From Mobula birostris (Eukaryota), in contig NC_092385.1 in the NCBI RefSeq assembly GCF_030028105.1, forward strand, positions 81,110,747 through 81,174,746: a stretch of 64,000 nucleotides of DNA. The letters run 5' to 3'. The position numbers and the translations under genes were made by a program. The notes under the pieces were generated by a model. That model had not been told where the DNA came from, made no database searches, and saw nothing but the letters and a program-made list of their open reading frames with translations. The first letter of the stretch is position 1, and each line of letters opens with the position of its first letter. Below, piece by piece: positions 37,845-51,079 of the stretch.

Positions 37845-40738
37845 CAAGACATAGGAGCAGAATGAGGCGATTCAGCCCATCAGGTCTGTTCCGCCATTTC
37901 ATCAGGGCTGATCCATTTCCCTCTCAACCTCACTCCCCTGCCTTCTCCCCATCAATTTTCATGCTCTGACTAATCAAGCACCTATCAACCTCTGCCTTAA
38001 ACACTGAACTGACCTGGCCTCCACAGCTGCCTGTGGCAACCAATTCCACCCTCTGTCTAAAGAAATTCCTCCCCATCTGCATTCTAGATGGGCATCCCTG
38101 CATTCCAAAGCTGTGTTCTCTGGTCTTTTAGATTCTGCTACACAGGAAACATCTTCTCCACATCTACTCTATCGAAGCCTTTCAACATCCGATAGGTTTT
38201 AATGAGGTCCCCCCTCATTTGTCTGAATTCCAGTGAGTACAATGAGCCCAGAGTCAAACGCTCCTCACATGACAAGCCTTGCATTCCCAGAGTCATTCTT
38301 GTGAACCTCCTCTACACTTTCTCCAATGCCAGCACATCCTATCTAAGATAAATCTGCAGATGATACCATGATTGCGGGTGTAGTGGACAGGGAGGAATAT
38401 CAGAGCTTGCAGACCAGCCAGAAAAGTAGGCTGAAAAATGGCAGATGGAATTTAATGCAGACAAGTGTGAGGTGTTGCATTTTGGTACAACCAACCACAT
38501 ATATCCAACACAGCGAATGGTAGGGCACTGAGGAGTGCTGTGGAACAAAGCGATCTGGGAATAGATCCATAATTCATTGGAAGTGGTGTCACAGTTAGAC
38601 AGGGTCGTGAAGAAAGTTTTAGACACTTTCACCAATCAAAGTATTAAGTACAGGAGAAGGGACATTATGTTGAAGTTGTATAAGACATGGTGGATGAAAG
38701 CTTGATTTCAACGTTTAAGAGAAGTTTGGATAGGTGCACGGATGGTGGGGGTATGAAGGGTTCTGGCATCAGTGCAGGTTGATGGGTGGAGGGAGGTTAA
38801 ATGGTTCGGCACAGATTAGATAGGACGAAGGGCGAATTGCTGTGCTGCGATTTTCTATGACTCTAACGCGCCCAAATCAGCTCACAATACTCCAAGTGAA
38901 GCCTCAACAGTGCCTTTCAAAGCCTCAGCATTACATCCTTGTTTTTACATTCCAGTCCTCTCAAAATGAATGCTAACATTGTATTTGCCTTCTTCACCAC
39001 AGACCCAACCTGCAATTTCCTAAATCCCTTTGCATCTCATTATTTTCTCCATTTAGAAAATAGACGCTTTTATTCTTTCTACTAAAGTGCATGACCATAC
39101 ACTTTATTACTGTATTCCATCTGCCACTTTGCCCATTCTCCTAATGTGTCAAAGTCCTGCTCCTTCAACACTACATGCCTCTCCATTTATCTTCATATAG
39201 TCTGCAAATTTGGCCATCAATTCACTATCCAACTCACTGATATAAAACGTAAAATGCAGTCCCAATAACGATCCCTGTGGAATATCACCAGTCACTGGCA
39301 GCCAATCAGAAAAGACTCCCTTTATTCACATTCATTGCTTCCTTTCAATCAATCAATGCTCTATCCATGTGAATATCTTTTCTATAATACCACGGGCCCT
39401 TATCTTTGAATAGATTCTTCTTGGGCTTCCAGCCAGGTACATGTGGGTTTCCATCGTGCCGATATAGCTGCACTGCATTCACAGGGAATCCTGTAAACGC
39501 CAGCGGTCCCAAGTCCCTCCTCGTTGTTAGGTTTCCTGCTTTTTCTAGTGGAAACCCACATCAAGGAGCATAGGAGGCGTACTCATTTGGGCTACCCGGA
39601 GAAATCTGTAGTAGCAGAACATTGTATTCGCAATGGCCATAGGAATGACTTCCAACAGCACAGAACTACTGTGCCGCGCCAATAGCTTTTGGGACCACAT
39701 GGTGAAGGAAACCATTGGAATAAAACTAGAGAAGAACAATTTTAACAAAGATGAAAGTCTCGCCCTAGGAACGGGAATTTGACTGTAAACAAGGTGGGAC
39801 AGTGGAAACCTGATTGGTTGTGTACTAACCAATCAGGAGGGACGTGCGATGGTGGTATATATACCACCAGATTAGACATGCATACGAGGCATCAGCCCTG
39901 ATGAAGATGGCAGAGTTTGTCATCAAAACATCAGTTATAATTGATACCTATACCTGACTGGAAGCCCAAGAAGAGTTTACTCCTCATATACTCCAGGAAA
40001 GCACTAGATCTTTTTTCAGCACTTACCGTGCTAAGCAGCCTCATGTGTGCACCTTGTCAAAGGCCTTCTGAAAATCCAAGTACACAACATCCACTGACGT
40101 TGTCTATCCTGTTTGTCATTTTCTCAAAGAATTCCAACAGATTTATGAGGGAAGATTTTCCCTTGAGGAAACCATGCTGATCTTGGTCTATTTTATCATG
40201 TGCCCCCAAGAACTCTGAAACCTCATCCTTAACAATAAACTCCAACACCATCCTAACCACTGAGGTCAGGCCAACTGGCCTATAATTTTCTTCCTTCTGC
40301 CTCCCTCCCTCCTTGACGAGTGGAGTGACATTTGCAATTTTCCAGTCCTCCAGAACCAATTGATTCTTGAAAGATCATTACTAATGCCTCTACAGTCTCT
40401 TCATCTATCTTTTTCAGAACCCTGGGGTGTAGTGCATCTGGTCCAGGTGACGTATCTACCTTCAGACCTTTCAGCTTCCCAAGCGCCTTCTCCCTAGTAA
40501 TACCAACTGCACTCACTTCTGGCACTCTCGAACTTCCGGCATATTCCTGGCATCTTCCACAGCGAAGACCAATGCAAAATACGCATTTAGTCCATCCGCC
40601 ATTTCCTTGTTCCCATTACTACCTCTTCAGCATAATTTTCCAATGGTCCGCTATCTACTCTCACCTCCCTTTTACTCTTTACATATCTGGAAAATAAAAC
40701 ACTGGGTATCCTCTAATATTATTGGCTAGTTTACCTTG
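37845..40738 (-). mobile_element. Degenerate CR1 LINE carrying nested insertions (plus-strand CR1 at ~38351-38865, Penelope-like at ~39410-40018)
   Basis: Minus-strand WKIANVTPLVKEGG...NYRPVGLTSVV...QHGFLKGKS and SPGPDALHPRVLK. Host sequence resumes after each insert. Confidence 0.85.
39410..40018. mobile_element. Second-family Penelope-like element, inverted structure
   Basis: ttcttgggcttccagccaggta (left end) is inverted relative to tacctgactggaagcccaagaa (~39951-39972). GIY-YIG remnants VYRIPCEC (minus) and ETHIKEHRR (plus). Decayed hammerhead ctgatgaagatggcagagtttgtcatcaaaacatc at ~39898-39932. Confidence 0.75.
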
Positions 40739-41313
40739 TGATCTAGTTCTAGACAACATCAGAGCAGAAGCAAATACTTTGGGCCCCACCACAACCACTC
40801 TGACCATTTAGCATCCTAATGCTTTCGCTGCTTTGGTGATTCAGGTTCTGAGACCGATACTAATTCAATGTTGTGAAAATCCCTGCCTCCACTCAAGAGA
40901 TAGGAAACTGTTCCAAGGATCTGCTACATAACATACCTCCTACCCCTTACCTTAAACTCAAGCTCTTGAACTTTGACGACTCTGCTATTGCAACTCACCC
41001 TATTAGCAGCACTCAATTTTGCATAGCTTAAATTAAGACACTTTCTGCCCTGGACCAATCCCCCGCTGGTCCAAGGAAAGCACACAGTCCTATCCAATTA
41101 CTTTCCACAATATGAAAAACTCTATTTTACATTGGACAAGTAATATAAAAACTTAAAGACTGCTGAGAGGTCACGCGAAGTGGTAGATAGCCCTTCGTAT
41201 ATGTTTTGAGAATTAATGGTGGCCAATGACAGATAGTGATCGGAGATTAACAGCAGTGGGAAGAAGCCATGGCTGGTGATTCTCTAGCTGTTAACTCAAC
41301 AGATAAGCATGAT

Positions 41314-41768
41314 AAACCAAAGTTGCTGGTGAATGCAGCAGGCCAGGCAGCATCTCTAGGACGAGGTACAGTCGACGTTTCGGGCCGAGACCCTTCGTCA
41401 GGACTAACTGAAGGAAGAGCTAGTAAGAGATTTGAAAGGGGGAGGGGGAGATCCAAAATGATAGGAGAAGACAGGAGGGGGAGGGATGGAGCCAAGAGCT
41501 GGACAGGTGATTGGCAAAAGGGATATGAGAGGATCATGGGACAGGAGGCCTAGGGAGAAGGAAAAGGTGGGGGGGGGGGAACCTAGAAGATGGGCAAGGG
41601 GTATAGTCAGAGGGACAGAGGGAGAAAAAGGAGAGTGAGAGAAAGAATGTGTGTATATAAATAAATAACGGATGGGGTACGAGGGGGAGGTGGGGCATTA
41701 GCGGAAGTTAGAGAAGTCAACATGTGTTGCTTGAATTTCCAGCATCTGCAGAGTTCCTCGTGTTTGCG
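41314..41768. mobile_element. Penelope-like pLTR insertion with inverted tail and 13-bp TSD
   Basis: TSD agataagcatgat (41301-41313) / agataaacatgat (41769-41781). 41317-41720 is in minus orientation, 41721-41768 is the terminal tail in plus orientation. Confidence 0.9.
41370..41405 (-). ncRNA. Minimal type I hammerhead ribozyme motif (Penelope-associated), intact
   Basis: Minus strand AGTC-CTGACGA-A-GGGT-CTCG-GCCC-GAAA-CG-TC-GACT: complete core, stem I AGTC/GACT, stem II GGGU/GCCC, palindromic ACGT stem III, GUC site. Confidence 0.8.
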
Positions 41769-41893
41769 AGATAAACATGATGCGATTACAGCTTGGGTGT
41801 TAGAATTTGGAGATCAATTCTGATGCCCTCTGTAAGGGGTTTCTCTGGGTGATCCAGATTCCTCCAGCATTCTAAAAACATACCAGTGAGTAA

Positions 41894-42476
41894 CAGACAA
41901 TAGACAATAGGTGCAGGAGTTGGCCATTCAGCCCTTCGAGCCAATATCGCCATTCACTGTGATCATGGCTGATCATCCACAATCAGTATCCAGTTCCTGC
42001 CTTATCCCCACAACCTTGGATTCTGCTACCTTTAAGAGCTCTATCCATCTCTTTCTTGAAAGCATCCAGAGACTTGGCCTCCACAGCCTTCTGGGGCAGA
42101 GCATTCCATATATCCACCACTCTGTAGGTGAAAAAGTTTTTCCTCAACTCTGTTCTAAATGGCCTACCCCTTATTCTTAAACTGTGGCCTCTGGTTCTGG
42201 ACTCACCCATCAGCGGGAACATGCTTCCTGTCTCCAGGGTGTCCAATCCCTTAATAATCTTATATGTTTCAATAAGATCCCCTCTCAGCCTTCTAAATTC
42301 CAGAGTATACAAGCCCAATCGCTCCAGTCTTTCAACATATGACATTCCTGCCATCCCAGGAATTAACCTTGTGAGCCTACGCTGCACTCTCTCAATAGCA
42401 AGAATGTCCTTCCTCAAATTTGGAGACCAAAACTGCACACAGTACTCCAGGTGTGGTCTCACCAGGGCCCTGTACA
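41894..42476 (-). mobile_element. Young CR1 3' end inserted in a SINE remnant
   Basis: Open frame 41983-42462 RPHLEYCVQFWSP...TRGHSLRIRG; (CTATTGT)n tail. Confidence 0.9.
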
Positions 42477-42750
42477 GTAGGTTAATTGGTCATGGTAAAT
42501 TGTCCTGTGATTAGACTGGAGTCAACCATTAGGCTCTTGAACCAGAGGGGATAGCTTCATTCACCCCATCATTGAATTGTCCCCACAACCTATGGACTCA
42601 CTTTCAAGGACTCTTCATCTCATGTTCTCAATATTTGTGGCTTATTTATTATTTTTTCTCTTTGTATTTGCAGTTTGATGCCTATTGCACATTGGCGTTT
42701 GTCCATCTTGTTGGGTGTGGTCTTTCATTGATTTTTTTGTATTTACTGTG

Positions 42751-42982
42751 GCCGGCTGGTGGTGTAGTGGCATTAGTGCTGGACTTCGGGGCAACAGGTC
42801 CCGAGTTCGAATCCAGCCGGCTCCCTTGCACGCTTTCCATCCATGCTGGATTGAGCGTCGAGCTAGCAACTCGACCTCGTAAACAAAAAAGATGCTAAAG
42901 AAACACCACATAACGAGCAATCAAGCTTGTCAGGATGGCGCCCCGATGACTCCACCAGGAGTTAAGGGCCTCTTCTTTCTTC
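42751..42982 (+). mobile_element. tRNA-derived SINE with 11-bp TSD
   Basis: A-box TGGTGTAGTGG, B-box GTTCGAATCC, acceptor-like stem GCCGGCTGG/CCAGCCGGC, CTT-type tail. TSD tatttactgtg (42740-42750, 42983-42993). Confidence 0.9.
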
Positions 42983-44619
42983 TATTTACTGTGAATACGT
43001 GGAAGAAAGTGAATCTCAGGGTTACGTATGATGACATATATGTACTTTGATAATAAATTTATTTTGAATTTGAAATAGGTGATTTGCTAGGTGTGTGGCT
43101 TGTTGGGCTGGTAGGGCCTGTTCCACACTGTATCTAACTAAATTAAAAAACCCATCCAGCCGGGTGCCAATAGAGGAAAAAACCAGAGAATGGCACAGTT
43201 GACTTTGTGAAAGGCTATGGCAGCTCAGGAAGTACAAAGATAATGTTTTCACAGTGACACAGGATGCCACGAGTGACTTTTATAACTAGTTACAGAGTGA
43301 CAGGGAAAAATTTTAAGGGGATGAATATTGAAGGCAGGTTTAAAGGTGAGGGAAACAATATTTGACAACATAAAATATACAACAGGAGCTAACATGGGGA
43401 TCAGGAAATAAATTTGACAATTAGTAGTTCAGTGGGAGAGGGGAAGGGCTAAGAGCAAGCCTCATGGATAACCTAAATTAATGGATTTATTAAGAAGCTA
43501 TGAGACTAACTTCCAAAAGTTAATACCTATCATTCTTATTCAAGTTAAGTCTTCAACGTGTCTTGCCAGTTTCAAGGATTGATTGAAGTATGTACACCCA
43601 GATTCTTGTGTCTTACATACAATTTGGAAACTGCCATTTTAGTAAACATTGTTTCTTTCTAAGTGCTTCACTTCAGCAGTTTTCTATATTTACTGTTTTC
43701 TGCCACTTCAGGCAGCCTCTTATTTGTTCTTCTAATTGTCTCCCATATTTCCAAGGCCTGCAATTACCCGGATAATCTGCCTGCAGAACACGTCAACTCA
43801 ATGTCCCTTATTCACTTTGTTAAACCAGGTTACAAAAACCTCACAATGGCACAGTTAGCTTCAACCTGATTCTTACTAATTACAGGTCAAACACAAAAAG
43901 AAAATTGCACCTGAAACAACAGATTTAGCGAAGTCTGCAGATTTAGTGGGTAAATCTGCTGACAACTCAAAACATCAGCATCACTGTTGTAGGCTACCAA
44001 GTGATATTAGGGTCAAAAAGTTATATTTTGCACAATTTGAAAGTATGTTGACGAAAAGTAACGTACACTAAAGACGTGGCTCATTCTTGACAATGAGAGT
44101 TCCTCTCAATGCTCGCAAATATGATGAATTTTAAAAACTACCCACACTTCATTAATTAAAGAACACAAATTCTACAAAATTGCCTGAAATTATAATAACA
44201 GAAAAAAATGCTACAGCCATAATCTTGAAGCGAATAGTTATCCAAAGCAAACCCAACTTGCTTTCAAAGACCACAGACGTTGCGGGAATAATCTCTACCC
44301 TTCTGTTGAGTATTGAGTGTGCACAGAATTCTTCCTTTAAATCGTTCCAATTTTCCAGGAACCTCAACTAGCTGCTGACCAGTACCTCCATGAAAGACCA
44401 ATGAACAATTTTTCTTCTACTTCAGCCCTTCAAATACGCGGCATCGTTGTATGTTCATTGGGCAGATTACCAACAAAGAGTAGTCAGCAAGAATTGATTA
44501 GAAATTTCAGACGCTGTAACGGTTTTGAAAGGCAACAAGAACATTAACTATACACTAAAATCACCAATGTTTAACAGCCTTGGGGAAAAAGATGGTCGCC
44601 ATGGAGATAAAGGACATTA

Positions 44620-45000
<381 letters not shown>

Positions 45001-45429
45001 GGTCTGTCTGTCAGTTTTAAAGGCTGCTTTAACGCTTTGAAACTTTTAAATCAGTGTATCTAGGGTGAAGATAACTATGCACCCGAATTTAGGTCTCCTT
45101 TACCCTGAGGAAAAGACTTATGATCCTGATGTGTGCCACTCATTAATTTTAAACATTTCTATAACTTTGTCCTTCATTCTCCTGCGTTTTAAAAAATGAA
45201 GACCCAGCCCGGCCAACCTCTTCTTTTAATTCAGGTCCTGTAGTCAAGGCAATTTTTCTGCATTCCTTCCACTGTAACCAGATCTGTCCTGTAACTGGGT
45301 GACCAAAACCTTTGAAGTGCGGCCTCATTACTCTGATAGTAATACTCTGCATGGTATTTTGTAGTTTCTCCCTGTATTTTAGTTTGCTCGCTTTTTTGCT
45401 TTATGTTTTATAATCACAGAATGCTGGGT

Positions 45430-45885
45430 CTTCAAGCAGAATGGTGGGTTGTCTGAACCACTCTCTGCAGAGTCCTGTGATTAAGGGAGGTACAGTTCCC
45501 ATACCAGGCAATGATATAGCCAGTCAGGATGCTCTCAATTGTACTCCTGTAGAATGTTCTTAGGATTTGGGGCACATACCAAACTTTCTCAACTGTCTGA
45601 GGTGAAAGAGGCGCTGTTGTGCCTTTTTCACCACACAGCTGGTGTGTCCAGACCACGTGAGGTCCTTAGTGATGTGGATGCCAAGGAACTTAAAGCTGTT
45701 TACCCTCTCAACCCCAGATCCATTGATGTCAATAGGGGTTAGCTATCTCTATTCCTCCTGTGATCCACAACCAGCTTCTTTGTTTTTGTGACATTGAGGG
45801 AGAATCTGTTTTCTTGACACCACTCTGTCAGAGAGATGAAATCTTCCCTGTAGGCCACCTCGTTATTGTTTGAGATGAGGCTTAT
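45430..45885 (-). mobile_element. Rex/Babar-type LINE fragment
   Basis: RTFYRSTIESILTGYIIAWYGNC on the minus strand. Confidence 0.8.
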
Positions 45886-46384
45886 GGAATCTATGGAAGA
45901 TAAGATCTATGGAAGGAAATAGATATTTGACATTTTGGGCCAAAACCCTTCATCAGGATATGCCCAGAGAATGTGTTCTACCAGTTAGTGAAATCATAGT
46001 GCATCAAATCTTCCCTGTTGCTCCCTTGCTATCTCCCATAACCCATGGTTTCTTTGTAACTCAAATCTATCGAATGACATTGAGTGCATAGCTCTCTGAG
46101 GTGCAGAATTCCAGTGATCCATCACTGTCTAGAGAAAGTAAATTCCTCAACTGCCTGAATTGAGTGATTCCATGTTATAAAACAAACAATGATGTCTCCT
46201 CTTCTCCCCCTCCCCCAAAGTTCGAAATAACCCCCACTAAGGGAAATCCCCTCTTAGTAACCACCTGGTCAAAGCTCTGTGAGAACCTTGCCTCTTATGT
46301 ATGTCAAAGTGACAATAAATTCACTTTGAAAAGTACATGTATATCACCATATACTACCCTGTGATTCTCTTTCTTGTGGACATG

Positions 46385-47546
46385 CACAGGAGATTAGTGT
46401 GCAAACTTAAAGCACACGGTATTGGGGGTAAGGTATTGATGTGGATAGAGAATTGGTAGGCAGACAGGAAGCAAAGAGTGGGAATAAACGGGACCTTTTC
46501 AGAATGGCAGGCAGTGACTAGTGGGGTACCGCAAGGCTCAGTGCTGGGACCCCAGTTGTTTACAATATATATTAATGACTTAGACGAGGGAATTAAATGC
46601 AGCATCTCCAAGTTTGCGGATGACACGAGGCTGGGCGGCAATGTTAGCTGTGAGGAGGATGTTAAGAGGATGCAGGGTGACTTGGATAGGTTAGGTGAGT
46701 GGGCAAATTCATGGCAGATGCAATTTAATGTGGATAAATGTGAAGTTATCCACTTTGGTGGCAAAAACAGGAAAACAGATTATTATCTGAATGGTGGCCG
46801 ATTAGGAAAAGGGAAGGTGCAACGAGACCTGGGTGTCATTATGCACCAGTCATTGAAAGTGGGCATGCAGGTACAGCAGGCGGTGAAAAAGGCGAATGGT
46901 ATGCTGGCATTTATAGCAAGAGGATTCGATTACAGGAGCAGGGAGGTACTACTGCAGCTGTACAAGGCCTTGGTGAGACCACACTTGGAGTATTGTGTGC
47001 AGTTTTGATCCCCTAATCTGAGGAAAGACATTCTTGCCATAGAGGGAGTACAAAGAAGGTTCACCAGATTGATTCCTGGGATGGCAGGACTTTCATATGA
47101 AGAAAGACTGGATGAACTGAGCTTGTACTCTCTGGAATTTGGAAGATTGAGGGAGGATCTTATTGAAACATATAAAATCCTAAAGGGATTGGACAGGCTA
47201 GATGCAGGAAGATTGTTCCCGATGTTGGGGAAGTCCAGAACGAGGGGTCACGGTTTGAGGATAAAGGGGAAACCTTTTAGGACCGAGATTAGGAAAAACT
47301 TCTTCACACAGAGAGTGGTGAATCTGTGGAATTCTCTGCCACGGGAAACAGTTGGGGTCAGTTCATTGGCTATATTTAAGAGGGAGTTAGATATGGCGCT
47401 TGTGGCTAAAGGGATCAGGGGGTATGGAGGGAAGGCTGGTACAGGGTTTTGAGTTGGATGATCAGACATGATCATACTGAATGGCGGTGCAGGCTCGAAG
47501 GGCCGAAGGGCCTACTCCTGCACCTATTTTCTATGTTTCTATGTTT
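46385..47546 (+). mobile_element. Young CR1 LINE 3' portion, same family as 188-2934
   Basis: Nearly colinear with ~1771-2934. TGG>TGA stop at 47006-47008. (TTTCTATG)n tail abuts the FANCD2 promoter. Confidence 0.95.
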
Positions 47547-47551
47547 TAAAT

Positions 47552-47823
47552 AATAATTACATCACGATCACGCACAACGACGCCAACATTCGCGCGGGGC
47601 GGGGCGCGCCCTGCCCAGGAGACGCATGCGCACTGACGTGTCTTCGCGCAGAATAATTACATCACGCACAACGACGCCAGCATTCGCGCGGCGCTGAGCG
47701 GGGAGGGGCGTGGCCTTTCCAGGAGACGCATGCGCGCTGACGTGACCGAAGTGGCGGGCTGAACAATTTTGGTGCTTTTGCCGGCTGCCGCTTAGAGTGC
47801 GGGGATCAGGCCCGACTAGCGCC
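47552..47823 (+). promoter_or_regulatory. FANCD2 CpG-island promoter with a tandemly duplicated 100-bp module
   Basis: Two copies start at aataattacatcacg (47552, 47652). Each has TTCGCGC, a GC box, ACGCATGCGC (47622, 47726) and TGACGTG (47634, 47738). Confidence 0.85.
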
Positions 47824-47893
47824 ATGGTGACCAAGAGAAGGCTCTCTAAGTCAGTCGATGATGACGAAGTGGTAAATTCCAAACAGCTATCAA
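47824..47893 (+). CDS. FANCD2: Fanconi anemia group D2 protein, first coding exon
   Basis: gccATGG Kozak; MVTKRRLSKSVDDDEVVNSKQLS (human MVSKRRLSKS); A|GTAAGT donor. Confidence 0.93.
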
Positions 47894-48545
47894 GTAAGTG
47901 AACCGATATATTTATTATTTTAAGTGTTTATTATTGTGCTTGCTGAAACTGCTGTCTAGAGGGCTTCACAGTAGCTATCTCCAACAACCTACATTCGTCT
48001 GAGGTGTTTATTTGGCTCTGAGGGAAGATTCTCGTCCTTTCCGAAGATAAAGTGACAGAGGAGTGATACCAATATCTCTCTGAATCAAGTTATTCATTCC
48101 CACTGTTACTAGTCTTGAATCAATTAACGAAACTCCGGACAATTTAAATCACAGTTCCTTGGCAATCTACGAAATGGTGTAGTTGCATAACTTGAATTGC
48201 ATGTTGAATTCTGTTTTTTGAGACCAGTAACTATATAAATTAAATTTACATCACTGAATAATTAGCTAGCAATATAAAACAGGTAATGCTTAATAGATGT
48301 TTGAATGAATAATTACCTATATTACTTGTGGGTAATCTTGATCCAGGTCCTAATGATGTGAACGTTGCAGGTTGTGTCTTTCAGATGAGGTGTTAAAGTA
48401 TCCTATCACATTATTACAAAGAAGTAGGTGTGTGAGTGTTTAAGCCATGTTGCTATTTATGTAAGCTTTTTTGGGCTCAGTTTGCAGCTACGTTTCATTA
48501 GACATTTCAAAGTAAATACTAGACTTTTGTCAAAAATGTGAAATA

Positions 48546-48698
48546 CAGGTCAACCTTCACTAATCCGACTACCTGTAATCTGGTTCCTTCTATAATCCAC
48601 GCTGATTATGCTTAATATGATCCTTCTGTCATTTGGCATTTTCACTAATTCGGCACTCCTCAGGTCCCAATGGTGCCGGATTAGTGAAGATGGACCTG
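48546..48698. mobile_element. Pogo/Tigger-like MITE
   Basis: TA|CAGGTCAACCTTCACTAATCCG...CGGATTAGTGAAGATGGACCTG|TA. Confidence 0.85.
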
Positions 48699-48768
48699 TA
48701 TTAGAATGGTAAAATGTTATTAAAGTCATGCTGTAAGACTTAACAGTGTCCATGAAATATTGGACAGA

Positions 48769-49536
48769 GACAAACATAAAAGTTGCTGGTGAACACAGCA
48801 GGCCAGGCAGCATCTCTAGGAGGAGGTACAGTCGATGTTTCGGGCCGAGACCCTTCGTCAGGACTAACTGAAGCAAGAGTTAGTAAGAGATTTGAAAGTG
48901 GGAGGGGGAGGGGGAGATCCAAAATGATAGGAGAAGACAGGAGGGGGAGGGATGGAGCCAAGAGCTGGACAGTTGATTTGCAAAAGGGCCTCCTCTACTG
49001 TCAAGATGAAGCCACACACAGGTTGGAGGAACAACACCTTATATTCCGTCTGGGTAGCCTCCAACCTGATGGCATGAACATCGACTTCTCTAACTTCCGC
49101 TAATGCCCCACCTCCCCCTCATACCCCACCCGTTATTTATTTATATACACTCACACGTTCTTTCTCTCACTCTCCTTTTTGTCCCTCTGACTATACCCCT
49201 TGCCCATCCTCTGGGTTCCCCCCCCCACCTTTCCTTCTCCCTGGGCCTCCTATCCCATGATCCTCTCACATCCCTTTTGCCAATCACCTGTCCAGCTCGT
49301 GGCTCCATCCCTCCCCCTCCTGTCTTCTCCTATCATTTTGGATCTCCCCCTCCCCCTCCCACTTTCAAATCTCTTACTAGCTCTTCCTTCAGTTAGTCCT
49401 GACGAAGGGTCTCGGCCTGAAACGTCAACTGTACCTCTTCCTAGAGATGCTGCCTGGTCTGCTGCGTTCACCAGCAACTTTTATGTGTGTTGCTTGAAAT
49501 TCCAGCATCTGCAGATTTCCTCGTGGTTGCGTTTTT
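48769..49536. mobile_element. Fold-back Penelope-like insertion with 14-bp TSD
   Basis: TSD aaatattggacaga (48755-48768, 49537-49550). ~215-bp inverted arms. Hammerhead motifs at 48830-48865 (minus) and 49395-49430 (plus). Confidence 0.92.
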
Positions 49537-51079
49537 AAATATTGGACAGATCTGTTTTTATAAAAAGCACTTTCTATGTAAATTTAATGTCATTAACTGA
49601 TGTACTGTATAGGAGATATTGTATAGTTTAAATAATGTAACTATCTTAAAGACTGATAGACCTCTGATCACAGGTAAATCAAAACAATTGTGACTTCAGT
49701 ACAGTGACTTCCAAACTTCATTTGTTGATGGAAATACTGTTGGTGCGCTTGACTGCTTGGAATACAAGATAACAAAGTAGAGTCTATTTTATCCTTTATC
49801 GTTATGTATAATCTCTGTAATGTTAATCTTTCCATCAAGCAGAATCCTGTTGCAGTTATAATTGATAATATTGTCACATGCACCATAATACAGTAAAAAG
49901 CTATTTTGCATGCCATCCATATGGATCATCTGAGAACACAAGCATATTGAGCTGATACAAAGAGAAAACCAGTAACACATTTCAGTATCTGGCATTACGG
50001 TTATAGAAGTGGAGTACAGGTAGACAAATAAGGTAAAAAGTCATTATGGGGTAGATTGTGAGATCGAGAGTTTATCTTTAATGTACAGGTGGCTTATCCT
50101 GGAGTTATATAATAGCAGGGTGCGAGCTGTTCTTGAGCATGTTTTCAAACTTTAATATTTTCTTCCCAGGGAAGAGGGGGGGGTGGGTGAAAAAAGAGAA
50201 TGACCAAGGTGGAAGAGGTTTTTGATTACATTGTCTGCACTTCTTGCTGCCTCAGGAAAGCAGCCAGGGTCATTGGAGGAGTAGGCTAGATTTCATGATG
50301 GACTGAACTGTGTCCACAGCTCCCTGCAATTTCTTGCAGTGTCGGGCAGAACAGCTGGCATGTCACCTGCATACAGTGATTTCTATGGCACATGTATAAA
50401 AATGGATGCGGTTCAAAGGAACGTGGAATTTCTGCGGAAGTTGAGGCCCTTGTGTGCTTTCTCGCCCAGAGTGTCTACATCGTTGAACTAGAATAAGCTA
50501 TCAGTGGTGATTAGATTTTGTTTTGCTGATATTGGGGGAACATTTGCTGTCTTGTCATCAAGCCACTAGGTACTTTGTCTATCCTGTCATTATTTGAGAC
50601 CTGGCTCACGATGCTGGTATTATCTGCAAACTTGTAGAGGGAGTTGTACAGCAGAATCTAGCCACACGGTCATTGTATTATGATTGTATTGAGAGGAAAG
50701 TCAGGAACTGAGAAAGCAGTCTTGAGGGGCATGTAATGTCCAAAGGTGTAGGAAACTGAGATGTTTGGACTGTGTGATAACTAAATTCAAGGTGAGTTCA
50801 CCCTTTCTTCCATCAATGGGCGTGTTTATTCCATCAGGGAAGAGGTATGGGAGCCTGAAGGCACGCACGTAATGTTTTAGGAACAGCTTCTACCTCTCCA
50901 CTAAAAGGTTTCTGAGTGGTTCCTGAACCCATGAACAGTACGCCACTATTTTCCTCTCTTTTCACACCACTTATTTATTTACTTTTTAAAATATTTTTAT
51001 CACAACTTATTGTTTTATTATGTATTGCACTGTACTGCTGCATAACAACAAATTTCACAACCTATGTTAGTGATAATAA

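Noticed and set aside
45926-45958. Functional hammerhead in the intergenic region (also ~21036-21065 and ~23124-23160)
   Set aside because: Core GAAA or CUGA, or the stems, are mutated; these are decayed Penelope remnants.
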